A DNA stretch of 54,798 nucleotides from Candidatus Eiseniibacteriota bacterium. Lineage in GTDB: Bacteria; Eisenbacteria; RBG-16-71-46; JABDJR01; JAWXBZ01. Both the position numbers and the translations under genes were made by a program. The stretch is taken from assembly GCA_034440375.1 (NCBI GenBank), contig JAWXBZ010000034.1, positions 1 to 54,798 of the forward strand. The letters run 5' to 3'. Below, in pieces: positions 27,954 through 37,386 of this stretch. A model generated the notes under the pieces. It did no database searches. It was given only the letters and a program-made list of their open reading frames with translations, and was not told the origin of the DNA. Within the stretch, counting starts at the first letter, position 1. Each line of letters begins with the position of its first letter.

Positions 27954-28811
27954 TCAGTTGGCCCCTCGTGGTCCGGCATTCGAGCCGGCACTGGGAATCT
28001 CGCTGGGTCGAATCTCGCGGTTATAGACGAGGTCCGTGTTGAAGGCCTCCCAGCCGCGCAAATAGAAGATCGGAAGCGCCACCATCTTGCCAAAGATATC
28101 GTTCACGACGGTGACCAGCTTTCCAATGAACGTCCTCGGCACAAAAATGATGTCATAGTCCTGCAGGTACAGGTCGCTCGACATTGGCCGTCCCTCGGTG
28201 AAGCGAAGCAGATCGAATCGCCTGGCCATGGCCTGATTCCGGGCCATCCGCCGAACGAGAACCGCATGGCGCAAGTCGGCGAATTCGGTGGGCCCCCCCG
28301 CTTCGGCCAGTGCTCCCGCCACCGTCATTCCGGGACGGATGTCGACCGCCTTGGGATACTTGACATCTCCCAGGATGTACACCTTGGGCTTGGCAAACTC
28401 CTTCAGGTTGATCGAAAGTTGAGGGTTGGTGTAATAGCGGCTGTAGGCCGTTCGCACGGTATCGGCGAGCTGACCGGGAGTCGTGCCGGCCACCATGATG
28501 TCACCCAGTATTGGCAGATTGATGGCACCATCGGGACGTACGATGATCTCGTCATCCAGATCGTGATCGAAAAGGAAAACCATCCGAATGGTGTCGCCCG
28601 GGCCCAGGCGGTAACTGGGATCGACATAAACCGAATCGGAGGGGCCAAATGTGACGCTCTCGTCCGACGGGTCCATCAACGTCACATCGCCGGCGAGGTT
28701 GCCGCTACCCGCGCAGCCAGCCAGGCTGGCCAGCAGCAGAAACTGCAGCAAAATCGGCCCGATCCACAGGAATTCGGCGGGCCCCTTCAATCTCGAGCGT
28801 CCTCTCATCAT
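27954..28811 (-). CDS. wza: OPX/Wza polysaccharide export lipoprotein
   Basis: Lipobox LAGC, YRLGPGD, VRPDGAINLPILG, SLBB domain (VYILGDV..P, AEAGG), C-terminal amphipathic helix. Confidence 0.9.
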   Translation of the reverse strand: MMRGRSRLKGPAEFLWIGPILLQFLLLASLAGCAGSGNLAGDVTLMDPSDESVTFGPSDSVYVDPSYRLGPGDTIRMVFLFDHDLDDEIIVRPDGAINLPILGDIMVAGTTPGQLADTVRTAYSRYYTNPQLSINLKEFAKPKVYILGDVKYPKAVDIRPGMTVAGALAEAGGPTEFADLRHAVLVRRMARNQAMARRFDLLRFTEGRPMSSDLYLQDYDIIFVPRTFIGKLVTVVNDIFGKMVALPIFYLRGWEAFNTDLVYNREIRPSEIPSAGSNAGPRGAN

Positions 28812-28857
28812 CCTCCCGTTATCGGACGGACCGGCCACTGGTTGAGCCGGAACCCCC

Positions 28858-28891
28858 AAACAAAAAGCCGACCCCGCACAGCGAGGTCGGC
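28858..28891 (-). terminator. Intrinsic terminator ~50 nt upstream of the wza start
   Basis: 11-bp stem GCCGACCTCGC-TGT-GCGGGGTCGGC followed by TTTTTGTTT. Confidence 0.8.
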
Positions 28892-29066
28892 CGATCATTG
28901 ATGATCCACCGGAGACTGCTGCCAAGGGCTGTACTGAAAGACACGGGCAACATAAATGTTAACCCGTTGTCATCATTTGAGTTGAACGATCGATTGTATC
29001 AGCTCAGACCCGTTAGCCAGTCTCGATCCGGTACTCCTGAAGGTGCTGTTGACCACACTTCTTGAA
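28858..29066 (-). ncRNA. Candidate ~210-nt structured RNA (6S-like rod or attenuator leader)
   Basis: Bounded by a consensus promoter and a terminator; nested long-range pairing from 29032 to 28908 with an internal bubble. Confidence 0.55.
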
Positions 29067-29072
29067 CGACTA

Positions 29073-29102
29073 ATTATAGCAACGGCCCCTTCGGGGCGTC
29101 AA
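29073..29102 (-). promoter_or_regulatory. Near-consensus sigma70 promoter
   Basis: TTGACG-N18-TATAAT with extended TG; the -35 contains the upstream TGA stop. Confidence 0.8.
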
Positions 29103-30061
29103 ACAGGGACTTTGGGGTCGCGCTCCAATGCCCGGAGGACGCCCGCCACGAAGAGCGGTATGAGTATCTCATGGTGCCCGGTGAGGGAGTAGCCATGCCC
29201 CCGCCCGCCCGCCGTCGGACGGCGAACGACATTCTGGGTCGGCCGATAGTGGCGGAGAAAGTCAAAGTCGGCCGTCACCAGGTCGATCACCGTTTCACCC
29301 AGGTTCAGGTGGATCGAAAGAACCTTGAGGAACACCTCCGGCAGGACAACCGCCGATCCCAGGTTAAGCACCACGCCACCCGCGAGTGGCCGGATCGCCT
29401 CGGCCAGAATGCGGAAGTCGCGCAGGCTCGTCGCGCCGATGGCCGCGCCGTCGGCGGAGGGATGCTGGTGCAGAATGTCGGTGCCGATGGCCACGTGAAC
29501 GGTGAGCGGCACCCCGCGCCGCCAGGCACCCGCGAGGAGACTTCGATCGGCGTGCGGGGCACCGGATTCAACAAGGTGTCGGCCAAGTGCCTCTCCAAGT
29601 CCTTCGCCGCGGTCGGCGGCTTCACGCGTCACTCCGTTCATCCGGGCAACGGTCTCGTCGGCCATGCCGAAGGTGCCGCCGGCCAGTTCCGCCTCCACAT
29701 CCTCGGACGTGGCGCCATACACGGCCATTTCGAAATCGTGGATGGCGGCCGCCCCGTTGACGGCCACGGCGCGAAGGTGACCCCGCTCGAGAAGCTGAAG
29801 GAGCGGTACCACGCAACCGGTCTTGATGACGTGTCCGCCGGCCATGACCAGGATCGGTCGCCGGGCCCGCGCCGCCCGGGCCGTGGCGGCAATCACCGAC
29901 CTCAAGTCGGCCGCCCCCAGGATGTCCGGCAATTTATCGAGGATTGCTCCGTCGGCGGCTTCCAGCGGGGCGCCTGATCGCGCGAGATCGACTCGTGTTT
30001 CGCGCTCGCGGGCGGGACGAGTCGAAAGCTGGGTCAGGTCAATTTCCGGATAGCGGGACAT
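29099..30061 (-). CDS. Conserved hypothetical protein with deoxyhypusine-synthase-like motifs
   Basis: GGHVIKTG, NGAAAIHDFE, TVHVAIGTDILH, NLGSAVVLPEVFLK, GHHEILIPL; ATG overlaps the upstream TGA. Confidence 0.75.
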   Translation of the reverse strand: MSRYPEIDLTQLSTRPARERETRVDLARSGAPLEAADGAILDKLPDILGAADLRSVIAATARAARARRPILVMAGGHVIKTGCVVPLLQLLERGHLRAVAVNGAAAIHDFEMAVYGATSEDVEAELAGGTFGMADETVARMNGVTREAADRGEGLGEALGRHLVESGAPHADRSLLAGAWRRGVPLTVHVAIGTDILHQHPSADGAAIGATSLRDFRILAEAIRPLAGGVVLNLGSAVVLPEVFLKVLSIHLNLGETVIDLVTADFDFLRHYRPTQNVVRRPTAGGRGHGYSLTGHHEILIPLFVAGVLRALERDPKVPV

Positions 30062-30948
30062 CAGCCAGAAACGGTCCTGGTGGATTCGCTCCCGACCGTA
30101 CTCGGCAATGGTGGAGAGGCTGCCGGGAGAGGGCTTCCCCTTCGATGAGATTCGAGCACGGCCGTTATGGATCCCACCTTGACCTTTGTCTTGATGATCA
30201 CCGGAATTCGATCGGCATCGTCGGACACCCAGATCGTCACACGTCCGTCGTGCTTGAACAGTCCGGTCTCGACGAGGATCGGCTCGACCACGCCACACGC
30301 GTACGTCCCCGCCGGCACCTTGACAGTTTCCCGCTTCAGGATGCGCAGATCCATTGTGGCATTCTTGCGGTCGACATGGGTCGGGATGAGGACGCTCTGC
30401 CCGACATCCAGGGGGAGGCCCCGGGCGAAGTAGATCGCCGACAGCACATCCTGTGTACGCGGTTCGACCGCAATCGAATCTCCCCGCGGAAAATAATAGG
30501 CCATGTTTCGGTCGGCGTTAATCTGGACGGCGTCGTGACGGTGGTAACTGCCCTCGTTGACGATGCGAACGTATCGCCGGCTGAAAAAACTGTTCATGTC
30601 AAACCATGATTCGGTGATGTCGTCGACCTTGAAGATACTGGAGAAAAAACCGCTCGATTTGATCGTACTCTTGAGACGATAGCATTGGCCGCCATTGGCC
30701 CACTCGACACCAACAACACTCATGGTGGCGGTTCCGGCGCGAATCGGGCCAAACTTGATGGCATAAACGAGTTCCTCGCCGGGGGCAAAGGCAATCGTCA
30801 TCTCAGAGGCGAAAGGCAGTTCCCTTCGGATGGTTTCGGATACGGGCGGCGGCAGCGGGTCCGAATCCGTTTCGAGCGGTGCCGCACCCACGAGCAGTGC
30901 GGGAAGCAGGATCAGGCCGGCCAGGCGCCACATGCGAGTTTGATTCAC
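30061..30948 (-). CDS. DUF3108-like exported protein
   Basis: Signal peptide; FAPGEELVY, QDVLSAIYFAR, ETVKVPAGTY, IWVSDDADRIPV; AAGGAG-N7-GTG start. Confidence 0.8.
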   Translation of the reverse strand: MNQTRMWRLAGLILLPALLVGAAPLETDSDPLPPPVSETIRRELPFASEMTIAFAPGEELVYAIKFGPIRAGTATMSVVGVEWANGGQCYRLKSTIKSSGFFSSIFKVDDITESWFDMNSFFSRRYVRIVNEGSYHRHDAVQINADRNMAYYFPRGDSIAVEPRTQDVLSAIYFARGLPLDVGQSVLIPTHVDRKNATMDLRILKRETVKVPAGTYACGVVEPILVETGLFKHDGRVTIWVSDDADRIPVIIKTKVKVGSITAVLESHRRGSPLPAASPPLPSTVGSESTRTVSG

Positions 30949-31015
30949 GTCCCAACTCCTTCCGCCGGAGGAATCCCGGCGCTTGTAACCCGCGGTCACA
31001 AAGGCGACCCACCGA

Positions 31016-31483
31016 TCAGGAGCGGCCGGTATGTCCGAATCCGCCCTTACCTCGTTCGGTCGACGCGAGGTCGGACCGTTCAAGGAATTCGACCGGGGTA
31101 ACCGGTGCGATGATCAACTGCGCGATCCGCTCGCCATGTTCGATCCGGCAGGGCACCTGCCCCAGATTGATGAGGAGGATGCCAAGGGGACCTCGATAGT
31201 CGCTGTCGATGGTGCCGGGAGCATTGAGAACGGTAAGCCCGTGGGTAAGGGCCAGCCCGCTGCGCGGGCGAATTTGTCCTTCAAATCCCGCGGGTATGGC
31301 CAGCGACAGGCCCGTGGGAACCAGTGCGCGACCGCCGGCGATCAATTCGAGTGGTTGAGCAAGACAGGCCCTCAGATCGAAACCTGCGGCTCCCGACGTC
31401 ATTCGTTCAGGTGCCGCTGCCCGTGGATCCAGCCGGACAAACTCCACCGGAGCCTGATTTTCTCCCGATTTCAGAGAACTCAC
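31016..31483 (-). CDS. dut: dUTP pyrophosphatase
   Basis: AAGFDL, RPRSGLA, GTIDSDYRG, ERIAQL, RGKGGFGHTG. Confidence 0.96.
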   Translation of the reverse strand: MSSLKSGENQAPVEFVRLDPRAAAPERMTSGAAGFDLRACLAQPLELIAGGRALVPTGLSLAIPAGFEGQIRPRSGLALTHGLTVLNAPGTIDSDYRGPLGILLINLGQVPCRIEHGERIAQLIIAPVTPVEFLERSDLASTERGKGGFGHTGRS

Positions 31484-32760
31484 GGTTCCTCTACCTCGGT
31501 CCAGCCGCCTACGTTCAATTCAGACGTCGCGGCGGGCCCATAGGCCACCAGGGTCCACTGAGCCGGATCAAGGAACTCGGCTGTCTGGTCCATGACACTG
31601 GAAACCGTCAGACGATCAAAAATGGCCAGGAGTTCCTCCACCGTCTGGTAACGACCGTGATAGTAGTAGCTGCGTGCGAGGCGATTCATGCGGGTGGACA
31701 GCGACTCAAGGCCCATGAGGACACCGCCGCGCACCTGGGCCCGGGCGGAATCGAGTTCCTCCTGGCTGAAACCCTCGTGCGACAGGCGGACCATTTCGGA
31801 TTGAGTCATCTCGAGCGCCGCACCGGCCTTGTCGGGACTGACGCCGAGAAAGGCGCCGAACATGCCGGTGTCCTGACAGAAATCGGAATAGCTGTAAACC
31901 GTGTAGGCCAGCCCGGCCTCCTCGCGGATCTTTTGAAAGAGTCGGGACGACATGCCGCCGCCGAGCACCGTCGACAGTATCTGGAGCGCATACCGGCGTT
32001 CGTCGCCGAATCCGGGCGTCGGGGTGGTCAGGCATAGATACTCCTGGGAGACTTCGCGACGCCAGTTGATCAGTGCCGGTGGTGCGACTTCCGGTGGCCG
32101 GCGGTCCTGGACGGCGGGCCCGCCCGCCAGCGTCAGGAGATCGGTCAGGCGACCCCTGGCCTCGTCCAGATCAAAGCCACCGGCAAGCGACACGATCAGG
32201 GAAGGCTGACGATAAAGACGCCCCCAGAAATCCCGCACGCCAGCGGCGGTGAAACTGTTTACCGAGTCCTCGGTACCAAGGATTGAGCCGGCCAGCGGGT
32301 GTCCGCGCCACATGCGTGCCGCCACCAGGTCATGGATGAGATCCTCCGGCGCATCGTCGAGGCCTCGAATTTCTTCGACGACCACCGACTTCTCCCGGTC
32401 GACATGCTCCTCGAGAAATGTAGGACCGCCGACGAGGTCGGTCAGCACATCGATGGCCAGCGGCAGTGACTCGGACAGGACACGCGTGCAGTAGCAGGTC
32501 AACTCGCGACCGGTGAACGCGTCAAGACTCCCCCCCACGGCTTCCAGACTCCGGGCAATCGCAAGGGCGTCCCGCTTCGCCGTCCCCTTGAAGGCCAGGT
32601 GTTCCACGAAGTGGGCCATGCCATCCTCAGGACCCGTTTCGTCCCGTGATCCGGCGCGGAACCAGAGCCCAAGCGATAGCGATCGGGCCCACGGCACCCG
32701 CTCCGACATGAGGACAGCACCGCCGGGAAGGGGCGTTTGTTCGAATTGAATCTCGCTCAT
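31480..32760 (-). CDS. M16 (pitrilysin) family zinc peptidase
   Basis: GSRDE, AHFVEHLAFKGT (HxxEH), GGGMSSRLFQKIREEAGLAY; usual position after pnp. Confidence 0.92.
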   Translation of the reverse strand: MSEIQFEQTPLPGGAVLMSERVPWARSLSLGLWFRAGSRDETGPEDGMAHFVEHLAFKGTAKRDALAIARSLEAVGGSLDAFTGRELTCYCTRVLSESLPLAIDVLTDLVGGPTFLEEHVDREKSVVVEEIRGLDDAPEDLIHDLVAARMWRGHPLAGSILGTEDSVNSFTAAGVRDFWGRLYRQPSLIVSLAGGFDLDEARGRLTDLLTLAGGPAVQDRRPPEVAPPALINWRREVSQEYLCLTTPTPGFGDERRYALQILSTVLGGGMSSRLFQKIREEAGLAYTVYSYSDFCQDTGMFGAFLGVSPDKAGAALEMTQSEMVRLSHEGFSQEELDSARAQVRGGVLMGLESLSTRMNRLARSYYYHGRYQTVEELLAIFDRLTVSSVMDQTAEFLDPAQWTLVAYGPAATSELNVGGWTEVEEP

Positions 32761-32771
32761 GGGCTCCGGAG

Positions 32772-32827
32772 GAAACGAAACCGGCGCCGTGCACCCGGGG
32801 CAAGAACCCCGGGTGACGTCGGCGCCG
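32772..32827 (-). terminator. Strong hairpin/terminator after pnp
   Basis: CGGCGCCG..CACCCGGGG-loop-CCCCGGGTG..CGGCGCCG followed by TTTCGTTT. Confidence 0.6.
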
Positions 32828-32860
32828 ACCTCGAAATCGGTATGATTGAAATGCGGAGCG

Positions 32861-34948
32861 TCAGACGCCCGCTTCCTCGAGCACCGCTTTCCGGGAGAGC
32901 TTGACCTTCCCCTCGGGGTCGATGCCGATGACTTTGACCTTGATGATATCCCCTTCGGCCAGCACGTCCTCGACCTTCGCCACCCGCTTGGTGTCTAGCT
33001 CGGAGATATGCACCAGCCCATCGCGGTTGGGAAGGATTTCGACGAATGCGCCGAAGTTGACGATGCGGCGCACCGTCCCTTCGTACACCTTGCCGATTTC
33101 CGGATCCTCGGTCAGACCACGGATGATCTGCACGGCGCGTTCTCCGGCGGCCGAATCGCGGGCTGCCACCTTCACGATTCCGTCATCTTCAATGTCGATG
33201 ATGGCACCGGTCTCGTCCTGGATGCGCCGGATCATCTTGCCGCCCGGTCCGATGACATCCCGAATACGATCCGGATTGATCTTCATGACGGTGATACGCG
33301 GCGCGTGGACCGATAATGTGGTGCGCGGTTTGTCGATGGACGACTCCATCTCACCGAGGATGTGGAGACGACCCGCCTTGGCCTGTTCGAGTGCCCGACG
33401 GAGCGTGACGAAATCCAGCCCCCGGATCTTCATGTCCATCTGAAGAGCGGTGATCCCCTTCGCGGTGCCGCAGACTTTGAAATCGAGATCGCCGAGGTGA
33501 TCCTCGACGCCCAGGATGTCGGTCAGGATCGCGACGCGGTCGCCATCCTTGATCAGCCCCATGGCCACACCGGCGACGTGAGCCTGGATCGGCACGCCGG
33601 CGTCCATCATTGCGAGCGATCCGCCGCACACACTAGCCATCGACGAGGAGCCGTTCGATTCCAGGATGTCCGAGACGATCCGGATGGTGTAGGGAAAGTG
33701 CTCCTCGGCCGGGATGACTGGCTCCAGCGCCCGCTCGGCCAGCTTGCCGTGGCCGATCTCGCGGCGCCCCGGACCTGAAATGCGTCGGACTTCACCCACC
33801 GAGTAGGAGGGGAAGTTGTAGTGAAGCAGGTAGCTCTTCCAGGTTTCACCTTCGAGGTTGTCCATCTTCTGCTCGTCGGCGCCGGTGCCCAGCGTGGCTA
33901 CCACGAGGGCCTGCGTCTGGCCGCGCGTGAAGATGGCCGAACCATGGGTGCGCGGGAGCACGCCGATCTCGCACGTGATCGGGCGGACATCGGTCAGGCC
34001 ACGGCCATCGGCCCGGCGCCCCTCGGTCAAGATGGTCTCGCGAAGATCCTTTTTTTCGATGGAGCCGAGGACCTTCTTGATGTCCGACTCCGAGGCGGGG
34101 AAGGCTTCGGCAAGTTCGGCCAGCGCCATCTTCCTGACGGCGTCGACGGCCTCTTCGCGCCCTTCCTTGGTCTGGATCCGGTTGCCGGTCTTGATGGCAT
34201 CGGCGTAGCGCCGGATCACCTCGGACTCGAGCTCCGGGTTGATGACCTTCTTGACGAGCGGCCTCTTCGGCTTGCCGACGGCCTGGATCACCTCTTCCTG
34301 GAGGGCGCAGATCTCCTGGATGGCGCGGTGGGCGAACTCCAGCGCCTCGAGCATCTCGTCCTCGCTCACCTGCCGGGCACCGGCCTCCACCATCAGGATG
34401 CCGTCCTTCGTGCCGGCCACGGTGAGCGTGGCGGTTGATTCGTCCAGTTCGGAAATCTTGGGATTCAGCCGGAGCTCGCCGCCGATCTTGCCGACCCGAA
34501 CGGCCGAAATCGGCCCGGGAAACGGCATGTCCGAAATATTGACGGCCACTGACGCGGCGTTGAGCGCCAGCCAGTCGGAGTCGTTCTCGGCGTCATGCGA
34601 CAGGACGCTCAGATGGACCTGCGTCTCGTTGCTGAAGTCCTTGTCGAACAGCGGTCGCAGCGCGCGATCGGAAAGGCGCGACGAGAGAATTTCCTTTTCC
34701 GTGGGACGCCCTTCACGCTTGAAGAAGCCGCCGGGAATCCGGCCGGCCGCGTACATTTTCTCGCGATAATCGACGGTCAGCGGGAAGAAATCCCGATCCA
34801 TCCTCGCTTCCTTCTCGGCGACTGCGGCAGCCAGGACGACCGTGTCGGCGTATCGCACCCAGGCCGAGCCGCCGGCCTGTCTTGCGACCCCTCCGACCTC
34901 AATCGACAGCGTCCGGCCGGCGATCTCCTTTGAGAATGTCTTGCGCAT
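32861..34948 (-). CDS. pnp: Polyribonucleotide nucleotidyltransferase
   Basis: FFPLTVDYRE, GRIPGGFFKREGRP, RTHGSAIFTRGQTQ, ESNGSSSMAS, KH and S1 domains. Confidence 0.99.
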   Translation of the reverse strand: MRKTFSKEIAGRTLSIEVGGVARQAGGSAWVRYADTVVLAAAVAEKEARMDRDFFPLTVDYREKMYAAGRIPGGFFKREGRPTEKEILSSRLSDRALRPLFDKDFSNETQVHLSVLSHDAENDSDWLALNAASVAVNISDMPFPGPISAVRVGKIGGELRLNPKISELDESTATLTVAGTKDGILMVEAGARQVSEDEMLEALEFAHRAIQEICALQEEVIQAVGKPKRPLVKKVINPELESEVIRRYADAIKTGNRIQTKEGREEAVDAVRKMALAELAEAFPASESDIKKVLGSIEKKDLRETILTEGRRADGRGLTDVRPITCEIGVLPRTHGSAIFTRGQTQALVVATLGTGADEQKMDNLEGETWKSYLLHYNFPSYSVGEVRRISGPGRREIGHGKLAERALEPVIPAEEHFPYTIRIVSDILESNGSSSMASVCGGSLAMMDAGVPIQAHVAGVAMGLIKDGDRVAILTDILGVEDHLGDLDFKVCGTAKGITALQMDMKIRGLDFVTLRRALEQAKAGRLHILGEMESSIDKPRTTLSVHAPRITVMKINPDRIRDVIGPGGKMIRRIQDETGAIIDIEDDGIVKVAARDSAAGERAVQIIRGLTEDPEIGKVYEGTVRRIVNFGAFVEILPNRDGLVHISELDTKRVAKVEDVLAEGDIIKVKVIGIDPEGKVKLSRKAVLEEAGV

Positions 34949-35070
34949 TCTAGTGTTTCCTCCTGTTTCTCATCTATTTGGACTCTTCTGCTGTTGGCGT
35001 AGCGGAGCGGGAAACGGGCAGGCTGGACCATTCCGGTTCCCGGGCGCAAATCGAGATGGACTTTCCGGCG

Positions 35071-35340
35071 CTACTTGCGCAGGCCGAGTTCCTTCAGGAT
35101 GGCGCGATAACGATCGATCTTGGTTGACTTGAGATAGTCGAGCAGCCGGCGCCGGTGTCCGACCATGCGAAGCAGGCCGAGGCGCGAGTGATGATCCGAC
35201 TTGTGAACCTTGAAGTGTTCCGTGAGGTACTTGATCTTTTCGGACAGAAGGGCGATCTGCACCTCTGGTGATCCCGAATCGGAATCGTGGAGACGGTGCT
35301 GGCCGATGATCTGCTGCTTTTGATCCTTGTTGAGCGTCAT
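35071..35340 (-). CDS. rpsO: 30S ribosomal protein S15
   Basis: [30 protein letters not shown]. Confidence 0.99.
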   Translation of the reverse strand: MTLNKDQKQQIIGQHRLHDSDSGSPEVQIALLSEKIKYLTEHFKVHKSDHHSRLGLLRMVGHRRRLLDYLKSTKIDRYRAILKELGLRK

Positions 35341-35360
35341 GATCGTGATAATCCTCCCCG

Positions 35361-35438
35361 GCCTGTTGATTCTCTCCGCCCCGGGTCCGGGGTCCAGTGA
35401 CGGAGTCGGAAATCCAGTCTGCGCCGAGTCAACAGCCT
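35361..35438 (-). ncRNA. Candidate S15 autoregulatory leader (three-way junction)
   Basis: Outer stem CUGUUGA/UCAACAG encloses UCGG/CCGA and CUCCG/CGGAG hairpins and ends beside the GGAGG RBS. Confidence 0.55.
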
Positions 35439-35467
35439 GAAATATTCCACCTTAAATTAGACGCGAG

Positions 35468-35496
35468 AGAATAGCACTCGGCAGACGGACGGCCAA
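35468..35496 (-). promoter_or_regulatory. sigma70-type promoter of rpsO-pnp
   Basis: TTGGCC-N17-TATTCT with extended TG. Confidence 0.6.
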
Positions 35497-35522
35497 GCAT
35501 CAATAATCGTCCGGTTAATCCG

Positions 35523-36455
35523 TTACATGGAAAGGATTTGCCGTGACCGCACAATATCGGCCCGGATTTGCTCGACCAGCTCGGCCGGACTCTCGAATCG
35601 CCGTTCCTCCCGAAGACGATCGATCAAGTCCAATTCCCACCATTCATTCAGTGCGTCGCCCTCCCAGTCGAGCCGGTGAACTTCGAAGCGGAGGCCGGTC
35701 CCGTCAAATGTCGGCCGATTGCCCACGTTCATGACCCCGGCGTGACCTGGACCCGATGGGGTCGATTCGGACCGGATGCGAACGGCATAAACACCGGCCG
35801 CGGGGCGACAGCGCCCCGGATCGACGTCGAGGTTGGCCGTGGGAATGCCGATCGTGCCTCCCCGGCCATCTCCCCGGACCACGGTGCCGGCAACGAGGGG
35901 GGGGCGGCCGAGCAATCGGGCGGCCGGAAGGATGTCGCCCCGCTGAATCAGGCGACGGATGCGTGAACTGGAGATGACCTCATCATCTTCGAGCCGCGCC
36001 GGAACGACTTCCACCAGAAAGCCGCGTGAGGCGCCGATGGCGGCAAGGCGACGGGCATCCCCCACCCGGCCGTGCCCGAGGGCGAAGTCGGGTCCGATGA
36101 CCAGTTCGGCCGGACCGGCCAGCGGCACCAGATGCTGGTCCACAAATTCCTCGGGCGCGAGCGCGGCGAGTTTGGCGCTGAATGGAAGCACCACCACCCG
36201 ATCGACACCGGCCTCCCGGAGTCGCACGACTTTCTCGGAGGTGGAGGTGAGGTACGGGGGTACGTGATCCGGGGCCAGGATGGCGGCCGGGTGGGGATCG
36301 AAGGTGAACGCCACGGACTCCCCACCGAGTCGTGCCGCTCCTTCTTGAACCCGCGCAACCAGCGCCAGGTGTCCAAGATGAACACCGTCAAATACACCGA
36401 TCGTGACCGATGCCATCGGCCCCTTCCCGGGCAATTGATTCGAAGTGTCGCTCAT
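35523..36455 (-). CDS. ribF: Bifunctional riboflavin kinase/FAD synthetase
   Basis: TIGVFDGVHLGH, TFDPHP, ISSSRIR, GIPTANL. Confidence 0.96.
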   Translation of the reverse strand: MSDTSNQLPGKGPMASVTIGVFDGVHLGHLALVARVQEGAARLGGESVAFTFDPHPAAILAPDHVPPYLTSTSEKVVRLREAGVDRVVVLPFSAKLAALAPEEFVDQHLVPLAGPAELVIGPDFALGHGRVGDARRLAAIGASRGFLVEVVPARLEDDEVISSSRIRRLIQRGDILPAARLLGRPPLVAGTVVRGDGRGGTIGIPTANLDVDPGRCRPAAGVYAVRIRSESTPSGPGHAGVMNVGNRPTFDGTGLRFEVHRLDWEGDALNEWWELDLIDRLREERRFESPAELVEQIRADIVRSRQILSM

Positions 36456-37384
36456 GCCGGTTCCGCGGGGCTGAACACGCGCAGGAAACGATGACGGCCG
36501 TCAAGCCTTTCGATGAGCGCCAGCAGTGAACCCGATTCGGCAAGGAGCTGGAATCGGTCAGGTCCGGCATCATTGGACGGGTCATCCCAAGGACCGGGTA
36601 TGCGCCCATGGCCGATGTCGATGGTTTCCTCCGGCGTGGCCAGGCGGGCCGGCCAATCGGCCAGGATGGCCGGAAGAGGAAGCAGGCGGCTTGCCAGGCG
36701 GTCCCTCTCGATGGAGTCCAGCTCGTTCCCGTCGAGCGCGGTGCCAATGCCATGCGGACCGATTGCCGTGCGTCGGAGCGAGTTCAGATGAGCCGGGACG
36801 CCCAGCGCCTCGCCCAACGATTCGGCGAGCACCCGGACGTAGGTGCCGGAGGAACAGGTGACCTCCAGTTCAACGTCCGGCAGCCGCACATCGACAAGAC
36901 GCATGGCGTGAACAATCCGTTCCCGTGCGACGCGCTCGACTGTCTTCCCTTCCCGGGCAAGCTCATGGAGACGCCGGCCGCCAAACCGGGCAGCCGACAC
37001 CATGGGAGGCGCCTGCTGGATGGCACCGGTCAGCGAGGCAATTGCGGGCGGGAGGAATCTTACCAGGTCATCGGGAACCTGGGCTGTCATCAGAACTCGG
37101 CCCGTGCCATCCAGGGTGTCGGTACTCGACCCGAAACGGACGACGGCGCGATAGCTCTTCGGCCACTCCTGTATCCATGGAACCAGCCGGGTGGCCCGGC
37201 CGATCAGCACGAGCAGGAGGCCGGTGGCAAAGGGATCGAGAGTTCCCGCGTGACCGATATCCCGGCGGCCGAGACGCCGGACGACCCGGTCGACCAGTGC
37301 GCGCGAAGTTGGACCCTCCGGCTTGTCGAGTGCCAGAAGCCACTCGCCGGCAAATCGGTCGGTCGGACGAGCCGGACCGGCCAC
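36452..37384 (-). CDS. truB: tRNA pseudouridine(55) synthase
   Basis: LDKPEGPTS, GHAGTLDPFATG, CSSGTYVR, LRRTAIG. Confidence 0.96.
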   Translation of the reverse strand: MAGPARPTDRFAGEWLLALDKPEGPTSRALVDRVVRRLGRRDIGHAGTLDPFATGLLLVLIGRATRLVPWIQEWPKSYRAVVRFGSSTDTLDGTGRVLMTAQVPDDLVRFLPPAIASLTGAIQQAPPMVSAARFGGRRLHELAREGKTVERVARERIVHAMRLVDVRLPDVELEVTCSSGTYVRVLAESLGEALGVPAHLNSLRRTAIGPHGIGTALDGNELDSIERDRLASRLLPLPAILADWPARLATPEETIDIGHGRIPGPWDDPSNDAGPDRFQLLAESGSLLALIERLDGRHRFLRVFSPAEPA

Positions 37385-37386
37385 GG

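Noticed and set aside
28960-28984. Possible fourth copy of the 25-bp IHF-like motif
   Set aside because: Poor match with shifted spacing; better explained as part of the RNA rod.
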